A stretch of 64,000 nucleotides of DNA, from positions 105,524,001-105,588,000 of the forward strand of contig OZ336873.1 in the NCBI GenBank assembly GCA_965287045.1, given 5' to 3'. How positions within the stretch are numbered: position 1 is the stretch's first letter; each line of letters opens with the position of its first letter. The notes under the pieces were generated by a model. The model saw only the letters and a program-made list of their open reading frames with translations, was not told the DNA's origin and searched no databases. Below are positions 11,544 through 22,642 of the stretch, in pieces. Source of the DNA: Carcharhinus amblyrhynchos (taxonomy: Eukaryota). A program made the position numbers and the translations under genes.

Positions 11544-14500
11544 ATGGAGAGGCGAGGAGGGCTGGATGTGTGGCGAGGCGCCTCCGCCGCCGCCGCCCGC
11601 TACCTGCTGCTGGGGCTGCTGGCGCTGCGAGCCGGGGCCGGCGGGCAGGAGCGCGACTACACCCTGCGGGAGGAGCTGCCCGACAACGTGCTGGTGGCCA
11701 ACCTGGTGCGGGACCTCAACCTGACGGCGGCGGCGGCGGCCGGGCTGCCGCTCACCTTCAAGCTGGTGTCCAAGACCGGGGACGCCCCGCTGCTGCGGGT
11801 GGAGGGCGGCAGCGGCGAGCTCTACACCACCCCGCACCGCATCGACCGCGAGAAACTCTGCGCCAACGTCTACAGCGACAGCCGCTGCTTCTACGAGGTG
11901 GAGGTGGCCGTGCTGCCCAACGAGGTCTTCCAGCTGGTCAAGATGCGCTTCCTCATCGAGGATGTCAACGACAACGCGCCCCTCTTCCCCTCGGCCGTCA
12001 TCAACATCTCCATCCCGGAGAACACCGCCGTCAACTCCCGCTACTCCATCCCCTCCGCCCTGGACCCCGACGTGGGCATCAATGGCATCCAGCACTACGA
12101 GCTGCTCAAGGGGCAGAGCGTCTTCGGGCTGGACATCATCGAGACCCCCGAGGGGGACAAGTGGCCGCAGCTGATTGTCCAGCAGAACCTGGACCGCGAG
12201 CAGAAGGACACCTACGTGATGAAGATCAAGGTGGAGGACGGGGGCTTGCCCCCCAGGTCCAGCACCGCCATCCTCCAGATTACCGTCACCGACGTCAACG
12301 ACAACCGGCCCGTCTTCAAGGAGGGCGAGGTGGACGTCCACATCCCCGAGGACGCGCCGACGGGCACCTCGGTCATCCAGCTGCACGCCACCGACGCCGA
12401 CCTGGGCTCCAACGCCGTGGTCCGCTTCTCCTTCAGCAACCAGGTGTCGGCGCTGGCCAGGCGCCTCTTCGCCGTTGACGCCGCCACCGGCCTGATCACC
12501 GTCAGGCAGCCGCTGGACCGCGAGGAGTTCCCGGTCCACAAGCTGACCATCTTGGCCAGCGACGGCAGCTCAACCCCGTCCAGAGCTGTGGTCACCGTCA
12601 ACATCACCGATGTCAATGACAATGTGCCAACCATCGACACCAGGTACATCATTAACCCCGTAAATGGCACCGTCTTGCTGTCCGAAAACGTACCACTTAA
12701 TACCAAAATCGCACTGATAACAGTCACAGATGAGGATGCAGATTTAAATGGGAAAGTTACCTGCTTCACTGATCACGATGTGCCATATCGTTTGAAACCT
12801 GTGTTTGAAAGCCAGTTCTTGTTAGAGACTGCAGCCTTGCTGGACTATGAGAGCACTAAAGAATATACTATTAAGATAGTGGCTTCTGATGCAGGCAAAC
12901 CACCGTTAAATCAATCAGCCACTGTGGTGATTAAACTGAAGGACGAGAATGATAACGCTCCTGTTTTTAATCAGCCTGTAATTGGCCTGTCAATCCCTGA
13001 AAATAACACCCCTGGTACACAGTTAACAAAAATCAGTGCCACGGACGCAGACAGTGGGAAAAATGCAGAGATCACTTACCTCCTGGGTCCCAATGCCCCA
13101 TCCATCTTCAGTGTAGATCGGAGAACTGGCATTCTGTCAGCCATGAGGAGATTAGACCGTGAGAAGCAAGACCGCTATGTCTTTACAGTACTGGCCAGGG
13201 ATGGAGGAAGGCCTTCCATTCAGAGCAATGCTACTGTGGTTGTGACTGTGTTGGATCAAAATGACAACAGCCCTTCCTTCACACACAGTGAGTACAACTT
13301 CTACGTGCCTGAAAACTTACCCATGTATGGGACAGTTGGACTTATCACAGTTACAGATGCAGATGCTGGAGGTAATGCGGCCGTTAGCCTGTCCATCTTG
13401 AATGACAAAGGTTACTTTATAATTGACCCCACCAGTGGTGTTATCAAGCCCAATATTACATTTGACAGGGAGCAGCAAAGTTCCTACACGTTTCAAGTCA
13501 TGGCTGTGGATGGAGGTAGGCCTCAACGGTCTTCAGTGGCCAGGGTGACTATAAATGTCGTTGATGTAAATGACAACAGTCCAGTGTTTGTGTACCCTCC
13601 ATCTAACTTCTCATATGAATTGGTCTCTACTTCCGCTAACCCTGGCTCCGTGGTGGGGAAAGTTTTTGCAATTGACAATGACACAGGGATGAACGCAGAG
13701 CTTCGCTACAGCATTGTCAGTGGGAACTCCAGAGGACTGTTTGCCATTGATCCAATGACTGGCAATATCACTTTGCAAGAAAAGGTGACTACATCAGACC
13801 ATGGTTTGTATAGACTCGTGGTGAAGGTCATCGACTTGGGACAGCCTGAATCCTTGCATGCCATGGCACTCGTGCATTTGTTTCTGAACGAAACCATCAA
13901 TAATTTCACCTATGTCCAAGAGCTGGTGCGGAAGAGCATGGAGACTCCTTTGGACAAGAATGTTGGGGACAGTCAAATGACTCCACAGACCAATGACTAT
14001 ATTAAGATTGTTATTGCCATCATAGCTGGGACTATGACTGTCATCCTTGTCATTTTTGTGACTGCTTTGGTGCGCTGTCGCCACACACCAAGGCACAAAA
14101 CTGTGCAGAAGGGGAAACAGAGTGGGGAATGGGTTTCTCCCAATCAGGAAAACAGACAGATTAAGAAAAAGAAACGAAAGAAGAAGAGGTCTCCAAAGAA
14201 CCTTCTTCTAAATTTTGTCACCATTGAGGAGTCCAAACCCGACGACCCGGCCCACGAACACATCAATGGCACTTTGGACCTTCCGGTGGAACTGGAGGAT
14301 CAGACTATGGGGAAGTACAACTGGGGCAAAACGCCTACCACTTTTAAACCAGATAGTCCCGATCTAGGAAAGCACTACAAGTCGGCCTCCCCACAGCCCT
14401 CCTTTCAAATCAAGCCAGAGACTCCGGTGCCAGTGAAGAAACACCATGTCATCCAAGAGTTACCGCTGGATAACACATTTGTGGTGGGCTGCGACTCCCT

Positions 14501-14615
14501 GTCCAAGTGTTCTTCGAGCAGCTCTGACCCCTACAGCGTATCAGAGTGCAGCTGTCAGGGAGGCTTCAAGACTGCAGGGCCAATCCACACCAGACAGGTA
14601 ATGCAGAGATTCTAA
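11544..14615 (+). CDS. PCDH11: Delta-1 protocadherin (PCDH11, PCDH9-like); large coding exon, giving a 1023-aa read-through isoform or splicing at 14597 to downstream exons outside the window
   Basis: First in-frame ATG at 11544 (ctgATGG), then signal peptide ...[15 protein letters not shown]|QERDY. Six DxNDN linkers plus DRE/LDYE motifs give 7 EC repeats (delta-1 class). [24 protein letters not shown] (~14007-14072), basic [16 protein letters not shown]11-type motifs: [62 protein letters not shown]. Family call is near certain; PCDH11 versus PCDH9 is roughly 70:30. Confidence 0.92.
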   Translation: MERRGGLDVWRGASAAAARYLLLGLLALRAGAGGQERDYTLREELPDNVLVANLVRDLNLTAAAAAGLPLTFKLVSKTGDAPLLRVEGGSGELYTTPHRIDREKLCANVYSDSRCFYEVEVAVLPNEVFQLVKMRFLIEDVNDNAPLFPSAVINISIPENTAVNSRYSIPSALDPDVGINGIQHYELLKGQSVFGLDIIETPEGDKWPQLIVQQNLDREQKDTYVMKIKVEDGGLPPRSSTAILQITVTDVNDNRPVFKEGEVDVHIPEDAPTGTSVIQLHATDADLGSNAVVRFSFSNQVSALARRLFAVDAATGLITVRQPLDREEFPVHKLTILASDGSSTPSRAVVTVNITDVNDNVPTIDTRYIINPVNGTVLLSENVPLNTKIALITVTDEDADLNGKVTCFTDHDVPYRLKPVFESQFLLETAALLDYESTKEYTIKIVASDAGKPPLNQSATVVIKLKDENDNAPVFNQPVIGLSIPENNTPGTQLTKISATDADSGKNAEITYLLGPNAPSIFSVDRRTGILSAMRRLDREKQDRYVFTVLARDGGRPSIQSNATVVVTVLDQNDNSPSFTHSEYNFYVPENLPMYGTVGLITVTDADAGGNAAVSLSILNDKGYFIIDPTSGVIKPNITFDREQQSSYTFQVMAVDGGRPQRSSVARVTINVVDVNDNSPVFVYPPSNFSYELVSTSANPGSVVGKVFAIDNDTGMNAELRYSIVSGNSRGLFAIDPMTGNITLQEKVTTSDHGLYRLVVKVIDLGQPESLHAMALVHLFLNETINNFTYVQELVRKSMETPLDKNVGDSQMTPQTNDYIKIVIAIIAGTMTVILVIFVTALVRCRHTPRHKTVQKGKQSGEWVSPNQENRQIKKKKRKKKRSPKNLLLNFVTIEESKPDDPAHEHINGTLDLPVELEDQTMGKYNWGKTPTTFKPDSPDLGKHYKSASPQPSFQIKPETPVPVKKHHVIQELPLDNTFVVGCDSLSKCSSSSSDPYSVSECSCQGGFKTAGPIHTRQVMQRF
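14595..14603 (+). other. Splice donor CAG|GTAATG, phase 0, after ...PIHTRQ
   Basis: Good donor consensus at the position where the large PCDH9/11 exon is known to end. An in-frame TAA follows at 14613-14615. Confidence 0.85.
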
Positions 14616-15053
14616 CTGGCCCTCACACAGAGATCTTGTCTTGAAGATTAAAAGCCTTGAATGGTCATGCATGGCTGAGGCATTGAAATGTAAACAGCTT
14701 GTGATTCATCAATGTTGGAGAGAGAAATTAGAATGAAGTGGCATTTAGCTGGTGGTGATTTGCTGAGTTGTTGTTTCAACAATATTGTCTCTAGGTGGCA
14801 CTGTAGTACTTCCTGGGTGTACAGAAAGCTGCAGCAGTTGTGAAAAGTACTGTGGAGTAGCAAGCACAGGAATCCTGAGATGCGTAGTGCAGGTGCAGTG
14901 TGAGGCTGTACAAAATCGATCTTTTGGTTTCTGTTCAGAGACGTTGGCACCAGCAGTAAGGAAGGGAGGAACAGACCACACATTACACAGCAAAACAGTA
15001 TCCCATTATACTGAAGAACAAAGACAGCAATATATTTTTTAAAAAAAACTTGT

Positions 15054-15059
15054 AATAAA
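15054..15059 (+). terminator. Candidate proximal poly(A) signal of the read-through isoform
   Basis: First AATAAA after the stop, followed by T/G-rich sequence. Further candidates at 16177, 17236 and ATTAAA at 18439. Confidence 0.4.
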
Positions 15060-18000
15060 ACTGCTGTGAATCAACCATTGCCTTTCTGTTTAAATGAACA
15101 TGCTTTTGTCAGGAATGTTCTGTAATTTCTAAATCTGGAGGTCTCCGGGGAGGAGGGGAAAAGAAGTGCTTCTCAATTCCGTTCCGTAGAATCAGTGAAA
15201 TTCTCAAGCTGTCAAACCTCGGAATGTCAGAAACACAACAGCATGATTATTCAAGTTTTGATACACCTAATGTGACTTCTGTATCATCGCGCATGCTGGA
15301 GTCTGGCTGCCTAAATTAATTGTCTATTTTTAAAGTGTTGAACAGGCACGTTGAATTACATAGGCAGCAGGCATACCACATATCGTCTGTGTCTTAAGAA
15401 ATTGGTATTGAGTTTACAGAGCCAGCCCCCTGAGTCACAGTTGAAAAATATGCCCTCGTTTTTCTCGTGCCAACCCTTCTAATGCTTTTAACGCAACCAC
15501 ATATTTGTGAAAAATAGGAGACTGGGGGTAAATACAAATCCTTGTAGCAAAATGAGGCAGTTAAAAATGAAGAGAAAACGGATATGCACCAAAATTATCT
15601 TGAGGACTGAGGGGAAAGAACGATGGTGATACAGGTGTTTTCAAAAGCATGTTGATTGACAGATGTGTTGTGGGAGGATGTACTTGCAAACCTTAATGGC
15701 AACAAAAGTCCTCAAAATGATATGCAAATGTTTCAAATGAAATGGGTGGCAGAACAGTGTGTACTATTGAACATTGTAATGTCTGTTTTAATGTAGCTCT
15801 CTGAATCTCCATTATTCTACTGTGCTGCGTTCCTTTGAGACCTGTTTAACCCTGGTAGGCAAACGGAACCGTAGCTGGAGCCAAACCGCTACCGGCTTTG
15901 CTGCTCAGTTAATTATTCAACTGCTTGGAGGACAATTGCATGTACTGTTTGTCTCAAGTATTTTCCCTGTGAGTAGATTTTGTTTTTGTCTAGCATTTTA
16001 GGTCAGTAATCTGTGTTATCAATCACACACAAAAAAACGGAGAGAGACCAATAAGATAGGGTTAGTTCACCGAGCAACTTAAAGCTCAAATTCACAGAAG
16101 CATTTAGCTCCAGGAATTGCGTTTCACTGATTTTTTGGAGCCTATTCATCCATCAATATGCTTGTTTCCTGGTGTGAATAAACATTTCACTGGGTCCTGT
16201 GGCTCTATTCAATCCATACAAATTTTAAACGGCCTCCCTCCCCCATTCTGAGCTGTTTTGCTAAGTTGTTGGGATTCCAGACCCTCTATGTATTAAACCA
16301 CTAGGAGTCAGTAGTTCTACCTTCTTGAAGTATTAGATTGTGGTTTTCCTGAGGATTGGCTGAGCAGTAAACAAGGCTGTAACCTGATTTTGCAGAACGT
16401 GCAATTGAACTGGTGCAGACACTCAGTCATTGCTCAGCTGTGGGCATCTGACAGTATGCCCACTAAAATGACACATGGTTGTCTAGAAAATGCCTCTTTT
16501 TTTTATATAGTGTAGGTTAAGCTTTCCACAGTTGTAGAGAATATATTCTATTGATGATGTTTTTGGGGGGGTTTGTGTGGAAGGGGGAGGGGAGAGCTTC
16601 CCAGATGTTTTGTTCTGGCATTTCCTTAAATTGATGCCCTGTCTTTGTTTTTGTGGTAGAGAGCACTAAAGATACGTGTGCACTTTAATATTAAGAATGC
16701 CATACATATTTAATCAAGTCTGTGAAAATGTTGTATTTTTACCTTTCCAAAAATGTTTGTTTGACTTCTTTGAACACGTTTATTGAACTATACCTCCTAC
16801 TTAACACAGTGAAGCAGAAACTAGGCTGTAATTAAAGATAAAAGGTGTGATTTAATAATGATAAACCTGTGGCCCTTCTCACCTTTGGTAACTATGGTCA
16901 TGTCATTGTTGATGGTGCTCTTTTAAGATCCATTTGCGGCTACTGGCTTGTGTGAAGTCTTATTGTTACTATATTTACAGTTAATACTGGACATGCGTTT
17001 TGTTGCATTTCAAGTAAACTGTTTTTCTTTTGAATCTTCACAACAGATTTGAAAATGATAGGTGAGAGCAGCAGCACAGACTTGTTGTACAATTCCTACT
17101 TAATAATCCCATGGTTAAGCCCTGAATGCCATTTGCAGCTTCCATGGATTACTTCTTTCTGTGGTATTCCATACAGATCTACAATACTGTAGATGCTTTA
17201 TCTGTAACAGTAAATCAAAGAAGCAGAACACATGCAATAAATCAAATAGAGCAGAAAGGTATATGGATTCCACAAGAAATGTTCTTTCAGAGCTGGCAAA
17301 CATATTTGCTCAGGTCATTTGTTTTTGTTTACAGAAATGTTATGTTTTTAAAATTTATATTATACAAGAAGTACAGTGTTGAAGTAGTCAGAACAGAGTG
17401 ACCGATTCCCATTTTGGTTATCTCATTTTGGCCATTCAAATTGTCCGAAGAGGGAACCAATCCTATTATTAAACTGAAATACACTAGACAGTGCTTGTTC
17501 GTTTTGAAAGAAGCTGTTCAGTATGGGCTAATGTTCATCCTTGATATTGCAACATGTTGTCATGCAAATTAATTGACTCGAGTGGAACTTTATTGTTACA
17601 AACTCACCGGTCTTCAAAGAAAATCCCTGCCTAACTCAGTCAGTTCCCATCAATGCTCTTCACATACTTGGTAGTTTAGTCTTCAGCCTGTGCCAGTGTG
17701 TGTGTTTTGAAGGAGAGGTTACACAAAATGGGTGCTGGAATTGATCTTATTGCCTCTGGACTGAGAATGGGGACAATTGACTTGGTTTGATTTGGTATTT
17801 ATGATTCCAAGAAGCAAGTGTACACCTGTGCACTTCAGTTAAAGGCGGTTAGGCCTAGCTCTGACGATCTGTTGAAGACCTTTGTCACCACACATGAGGA
17901 GAGGTCACCTTTTTTGGCAAAGAGCTCAAGGGTGACAGTTGTGTGTGGAACGCACAGCTTTGCATGATCCAGCCTTCGCAGTAGAGAGCACAATACATTT

Positions 18001-19419
18001 TTTAAAAAATTTGCATCTTAAAAATATTGGTCACATCGATGACAGCCACAAATGAGGCGTAGCCAGACTGCTCGGCTGGTCTGAGTTTGTAACAATAAGG
18101 TTTGACTGCGTACTTGCAATGTTATGTGAAATGTGCAACATTCAATTTGCGCGCTTGTGTATGTTGATTTTATTATTCTTGTGATTTCAATGAAGCAATT
18201 TGCAGTTGTACCTATTAAAAGCAATAGTTAAATTGAAGAATTTAATCCAATAAGAGTAAGTGCAATGTAGTGTAAAACCGCTCCATTTCAATCTTAGTGG
18301 TGGACGTACCATTTCTTTCATTTGAATTAAAATTCATTTTGGAATTTATACATTTTCTGTACTTTTGGTATGGCCTGTGTACTTCATTTTGTATATTTTA
18401 GACGCATTTAATGTCTTTTGTGCAAAACCCATTTCCTCATTAAACTTTTTTTGCATTATACTAACACATGAGCAGAATCTTTGGTGTTTCAAATCTAAGG
18501 TCATTGGGAGTGTTGTGTTTTAGTTCTTCAAATCAGCTCATTTTCTACTCTTCTCCATGGCAGTTCTCTCTTTTCTCTGGAATATAAATATTGTTGAGAA
18601 TAGGATTTTGGGAGCATCAGTTAGTCTGTGAAACTTTACTCAAACAACCACTGTTTGCACAGACCTTGACAGTGAGTACCAGTCAGATATTCAACTGCAG
18701 TGCATTACATCAGTGCCCATTTCTATCTTCACTTGATATCCATACAAATGCACTGTCACCACTAGTTGTTGCATGTCACTGAGGAGCATATGGACTCGGA
18801 ATGATTGTTATCCTGCATAACCCGAGGAAACAGCTAATTGTAATACTAATGGAGGGTAGCTAACTCAGCACAGGATACATTTTAGACACTGGATGAACTC
18901 ATTGAGCCTTTATTGGAGCTGTTTTTAAATTGATATGTAGGAAGAATCCAGGGACTCTCAGGCATTGTATACAAGGGAAAGACTTGGATTTTTACTCATT
19001 TTTTTTGTCCATGTGTGATGGACTAGTTCATGGTATTTATTTCCTGTACTTGCTGAACCACCATTCAACAGCTCTCATTACTTTGCCCATGGAGCCTGCG
19101 TAAGTAGGAGACCCCAGATACGAGCTATCACTCTATATGTGGGGGCAGGTGGCAGATATCAATAATTTTAAAACAACAGCACACATGCACTTTCCAGCTT
19201 AGGAATAATGGTTAAGAACACTGGTCTATTTTGTGCCTGTCCTTTTATCTTAGGGAAATGTTTGCCAATTGTACAACCAGCTATCTCTGTAAAGAGCAGC
19301 AGTCGAACCAGGAATTCATCTTGGCTGAATTCCATTCTGGGAAGACCATGGATCAAAGGATCTTCTGCTTGATTTCTAATTGGGTGGAACAACAACTAAT
19401 ACTTAACACGCTGACTGTA

Positions 19420-20120
19420 GCAAAAAGACCAAGGGCATTTCAGAGAAACGTCCTCAACATCAGCCACATTAGGAGATACAAAGGCAAATAGGACAGGTTT
19501 GAGGCATTGTCTTAAAAGAGGGATGAAGTTTAGGGAGTGAATTTAGAGCTAGGGCTCTGGTAGCTAAGGACACAGCTGCCACTGGTGAATTGATTGAAAT
19601 TGGAGACATTCAAAAAACTAAAATTGGAGGAGCTCAAATGTCTTTGGAGGGTTGTAGGGCTGGAGACGATTCCAGAATTCTGGAAGTGGAAGGACATAAG
19701 CATTTGAATACAAAAGATGAGTATTTTAAAGTTTGAGGTGTTGCTGAATTGGGGGCCAGCGGGCTCAGGGGTAATGGGTAAATTGGGCTTGAGGCAAGTA
19801 AAGACATGATCAGCAGAGTTTCAGACATCTCTGGTTTACAGAGTGTAGAATTTGGGAAGGTGGCCAGATTTATGAATTGTCGATTCCAAAGATAAGGAAA
19901 ACATGGGCCTGGATTCTCCAGTATTCTGTGCCCCACTGCCAAACCTCCATTCACCTCAGCAGGACTGGAGGAATCCCAGTCGTGGATGAAGTTGGAGAAT
20001 TCTGGCCATGGATAAGTGTTTCAACAGAAGATGAGTTGAGACAGGGTGGAGTTAGATGATACAGAGGTGGAAAAATAAAGCATTAGTGATGGTGCGGTTA
20101 TATGGTGAGATGCTCATCTG
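19420..20120 (-). mobile_element. L2-like LINE 3' fragment with a MITE inserted
   Basis: Minus strand reads FKILIFCIQ-like (the L2 FKILILVFK motif), plus the typical L2 3' region gtcttaaa.gagg...gtttagggag.gaatt. Confidence 0.7.
19906..20007. mobile_element. MITE with 14-bp TIRs and 3-bp TSD (ATG)
   Basis: ATG-ggcctggattctcc...ggagaattctggcc-ATG; TIRs match 12/14. Confidence 0.8.
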
Positions 20121-20977
20121 AACTCTTAAGGTACTTTTCTACTAAATCAATGCTGTTGACAACAGCAGTGCAGATTTCCCTTTTAAACAAGAAAGACCAA
20201 GTTGGAAATGGCGGCATGGGTTATTTAAAGTTAGGAACTGGTTCAAGAGAGTTGCTTCATGTGAGTCAATCTAGGAAACCAGTGGAACAGCAGAAACTCA
20301 CAGCCCAATCTAAATGTAAAAAGTATGTTCATCTAAAATCTTCCTCCAGATGTAAGTGTAGAAGTGGCTTTGTTTGCAGATGCAACTGAGCATAGTAAGA
20401 TTATGCAGAAGGAATAGGTTTACACCATCACTTGAACATTTTCCTCTCTTTATGGAGAAAACCAGATCAAAGTAGATGTAAGTTTATAAATGCTCACCTT
20501 CACTATTATAAGATGAACACATTTCAATCCATGCGTCAGTTGTGTTTCACAAAAGAACCTACTCTTTTCAGTGAGAATGGAGTTATCTGTAATGACCAAT
20601 CAGAACAATTGAATAAAACTATCAGGTATTACTTTCTCTTGCTAACTGAACTTGGGCTGCACGTTTTCGAGGTGAACTAATGGTTTCTGAAAACTGCAAT
20701 TATAGTTTTTCTCTTGCCTGTTTGACTTACGAGAATTATACTTAGCAAATAACCTGTAAATATCCAGCTTTTCAAAAAGTGAAACTTTCTCCCCAAATTC
20801 AGTTGTTCTGTCCTGTATCCAAGACTGGTGCCAGTATATTTTGAAGTACTGAGTTACTTGGATTCTCTTGAATACTCCACCATTAAAAATAATGACAGCA
20901 CTTCAGAAGTTATTTATTGTCCGTGAAGAGCTTTGAAACATCCTCAAGAGGCAGTAAGGGGTTATATCAAAGTCAGT

Positions 20978-21273
20978 CACAGTGGTCAGCACTGCTGCCT
21001 CACAGCACTGGGGACCTGGGTTTGATTCACAGCTTGGGTCACTGTCTGTGTGGAGTTTGCATGTTCTTCTCTTGCCTGCGTGGGTTTCCTCCAGATGCTC
21101 CGTTTTTTTTCTCACAATACAAAAGATACACTGGTTCGATGCATTGGCCATGCTAAATTCTCCCTCAGTGTACCTGGATAGGTGCCGGAGTGTGGCGACT
21201 AAGGGATTTTCGAAGTAACTTCATTGCAGTGTTAACATAAGCTTACTTGTGACACTAATAAATAAACTTTAAG
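20978..21273 (+). mobile_element. V-SINE, tail B (long form)
   Basis: V-domain then aaattctccctcagtgtacc...gtaacttcattgcagtgttaa...cttgtgacactaataaataaac. Confidence 0.85.
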
Positions 21274-21784
21274 TAATTGCCGGGGCTGAATATTAAGTGG
21301 GGTTAGAATGTTGATTTAAGTTGAAAAATTGCTCAAGATTCCTATATTTGGATTTCACCATAGCACTAATGTGTCATCTGATCCAAATTGTTGGCCTTTT
21401 TGTAGATGGATTGTAATGCCCGATTATGTTTGTAATTTTACAATCTCTTTTTAATTTGTTTCCATGTTCGTGGTGGAGGGATCTGTCCAATATTCGGGGG
21501 AAAAGGAACACACAAGTAGTCAACACCCATGGAATGTTAAGAATAACATTAATAATCCAAAAAACCATGTAATGAATTGCAATGCTATATTGGAAGCAGC
21601 TAGTCAGTTCCATCTAAAGGTCTGCGCCCGTTCCTGGACACCGACGGTTCAACTTTCTTTCTAATGACTGCAGCAAGTCATTTTTCAATGCAACAAAAGG
21701 CAAAGAATTACCCAATAGGATCAAAAGTTGGCAATGAAAGAAAAATAATGAATAAACTCTTCTAATGACCTTGGAACAACCCAA

Positions 21785-22020
21785 CATGCCTCACAGTCAA
21801 TGAAGTACTAGTGAAATGTTGTTGCTGTTGCAATATGGAAAGGATAACTAGTTTGCACAAAGCAAACTCCAACAAACAGTTATAAACTAAATGGCCAGAT
21901 AATCTGTGTTCAGTATGTTAGTTGAGGTATAAAGGTTGGCCAGGACACTGGGGAAAACATCCCTATTTGGAGAGTGGCATGGGTATTTTTACGTCAGATT
22001 GGGTCTTGTTTAATATCCCA
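21785..22020 (-). mobile_element. Deu-domain SINE fragment
   Basis: Reverse match to the 9185-9730 family (ttgcacaaagcaaactcc...ccagataatctg...gttgagg.ataaa..ttggccaggacac). Related pieces at ~28105-28190, ~50965-51060 and ~51490-51730. Confidence 0.6.
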
Positions 22021-22349
22021 CTAGGGAATAAAAGTATAACTGGGGAAATAAGAACACTGGTCTGAAGCGTTCTTGTGGATCTCAAATGGATCATCAGTCA
22101 AAAAAGGAAATAAGAATACTGATCTGAATTGTTTTTCCTCTGGGACAATGCAGCACTCTATAAGCACAAAAGAGAATGAAATAATGATCAGGATTAAGTG
22201 AAATAATACATTTGCATGGTGTGACATTTTCTTTTTAGTGCCACCAGCAACAACCAGAATCTGGCAGTCTTGCTGGATTCACAATGACCGGCTGCCAGCA
22301 AGATATGTCAAATAATGGTCCTCCCAACCACCAGCCTTAGTGAGTTCTT

Positions 22350-22642
22350 TATTTGTTATTGTCGCTGGTTGGGCCAGCATTTTTTGCCTAGCCACGTGGG
22401 TCTGGAGTCATATGTAGGCCAGCTAAGTTCAGGACAACAGATTTACTTCCTTAAAGGATATTAGAGAACCAGCTGGATTTTTTAAACAATGGTTTCATGG
22501 CCATCATTAGACTTTTAATTCCAAACTTTAGTTGGATTCGAGTTCCACCATCTGCCGTGGGATTTGAACCTGATCTCCCGGAACACTACCGTAGGTCTCT
22601 GGATTACTAGTCTAGTGACAATGCCACTACACCACTGCCTCT
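22350..22642 (-). mobile_element. tRNA-derived SINE; second copy on + strand at ~44331-44645
   Basis: Shared head gaggc.rtgg...actagtaatcca...gttyraatccca...agatggtg.aa.tyga.ttca in both copies. Confidence 0.65.

Larger units (their letters stand above)
10380..12620. other. CpG island (bipartite: promoter/exon 1 and the 5' third of the coding exon, separated by AT-rich intron 1)
   Basis: Dense CG dinucleotides at ~10380-10700 and ~11500-12620, against CpG depletion in the rest of the window. Confidence 0.85.

Noticed and set aside
11247-12539. 430-aa antisense ORF, plus the 335-aa and 185-aa overlapping ORFs
   Set aside because: Shadow ORFs of the GC3-rich cadherin exon; they end near where GC3 drops and show no independent domain.
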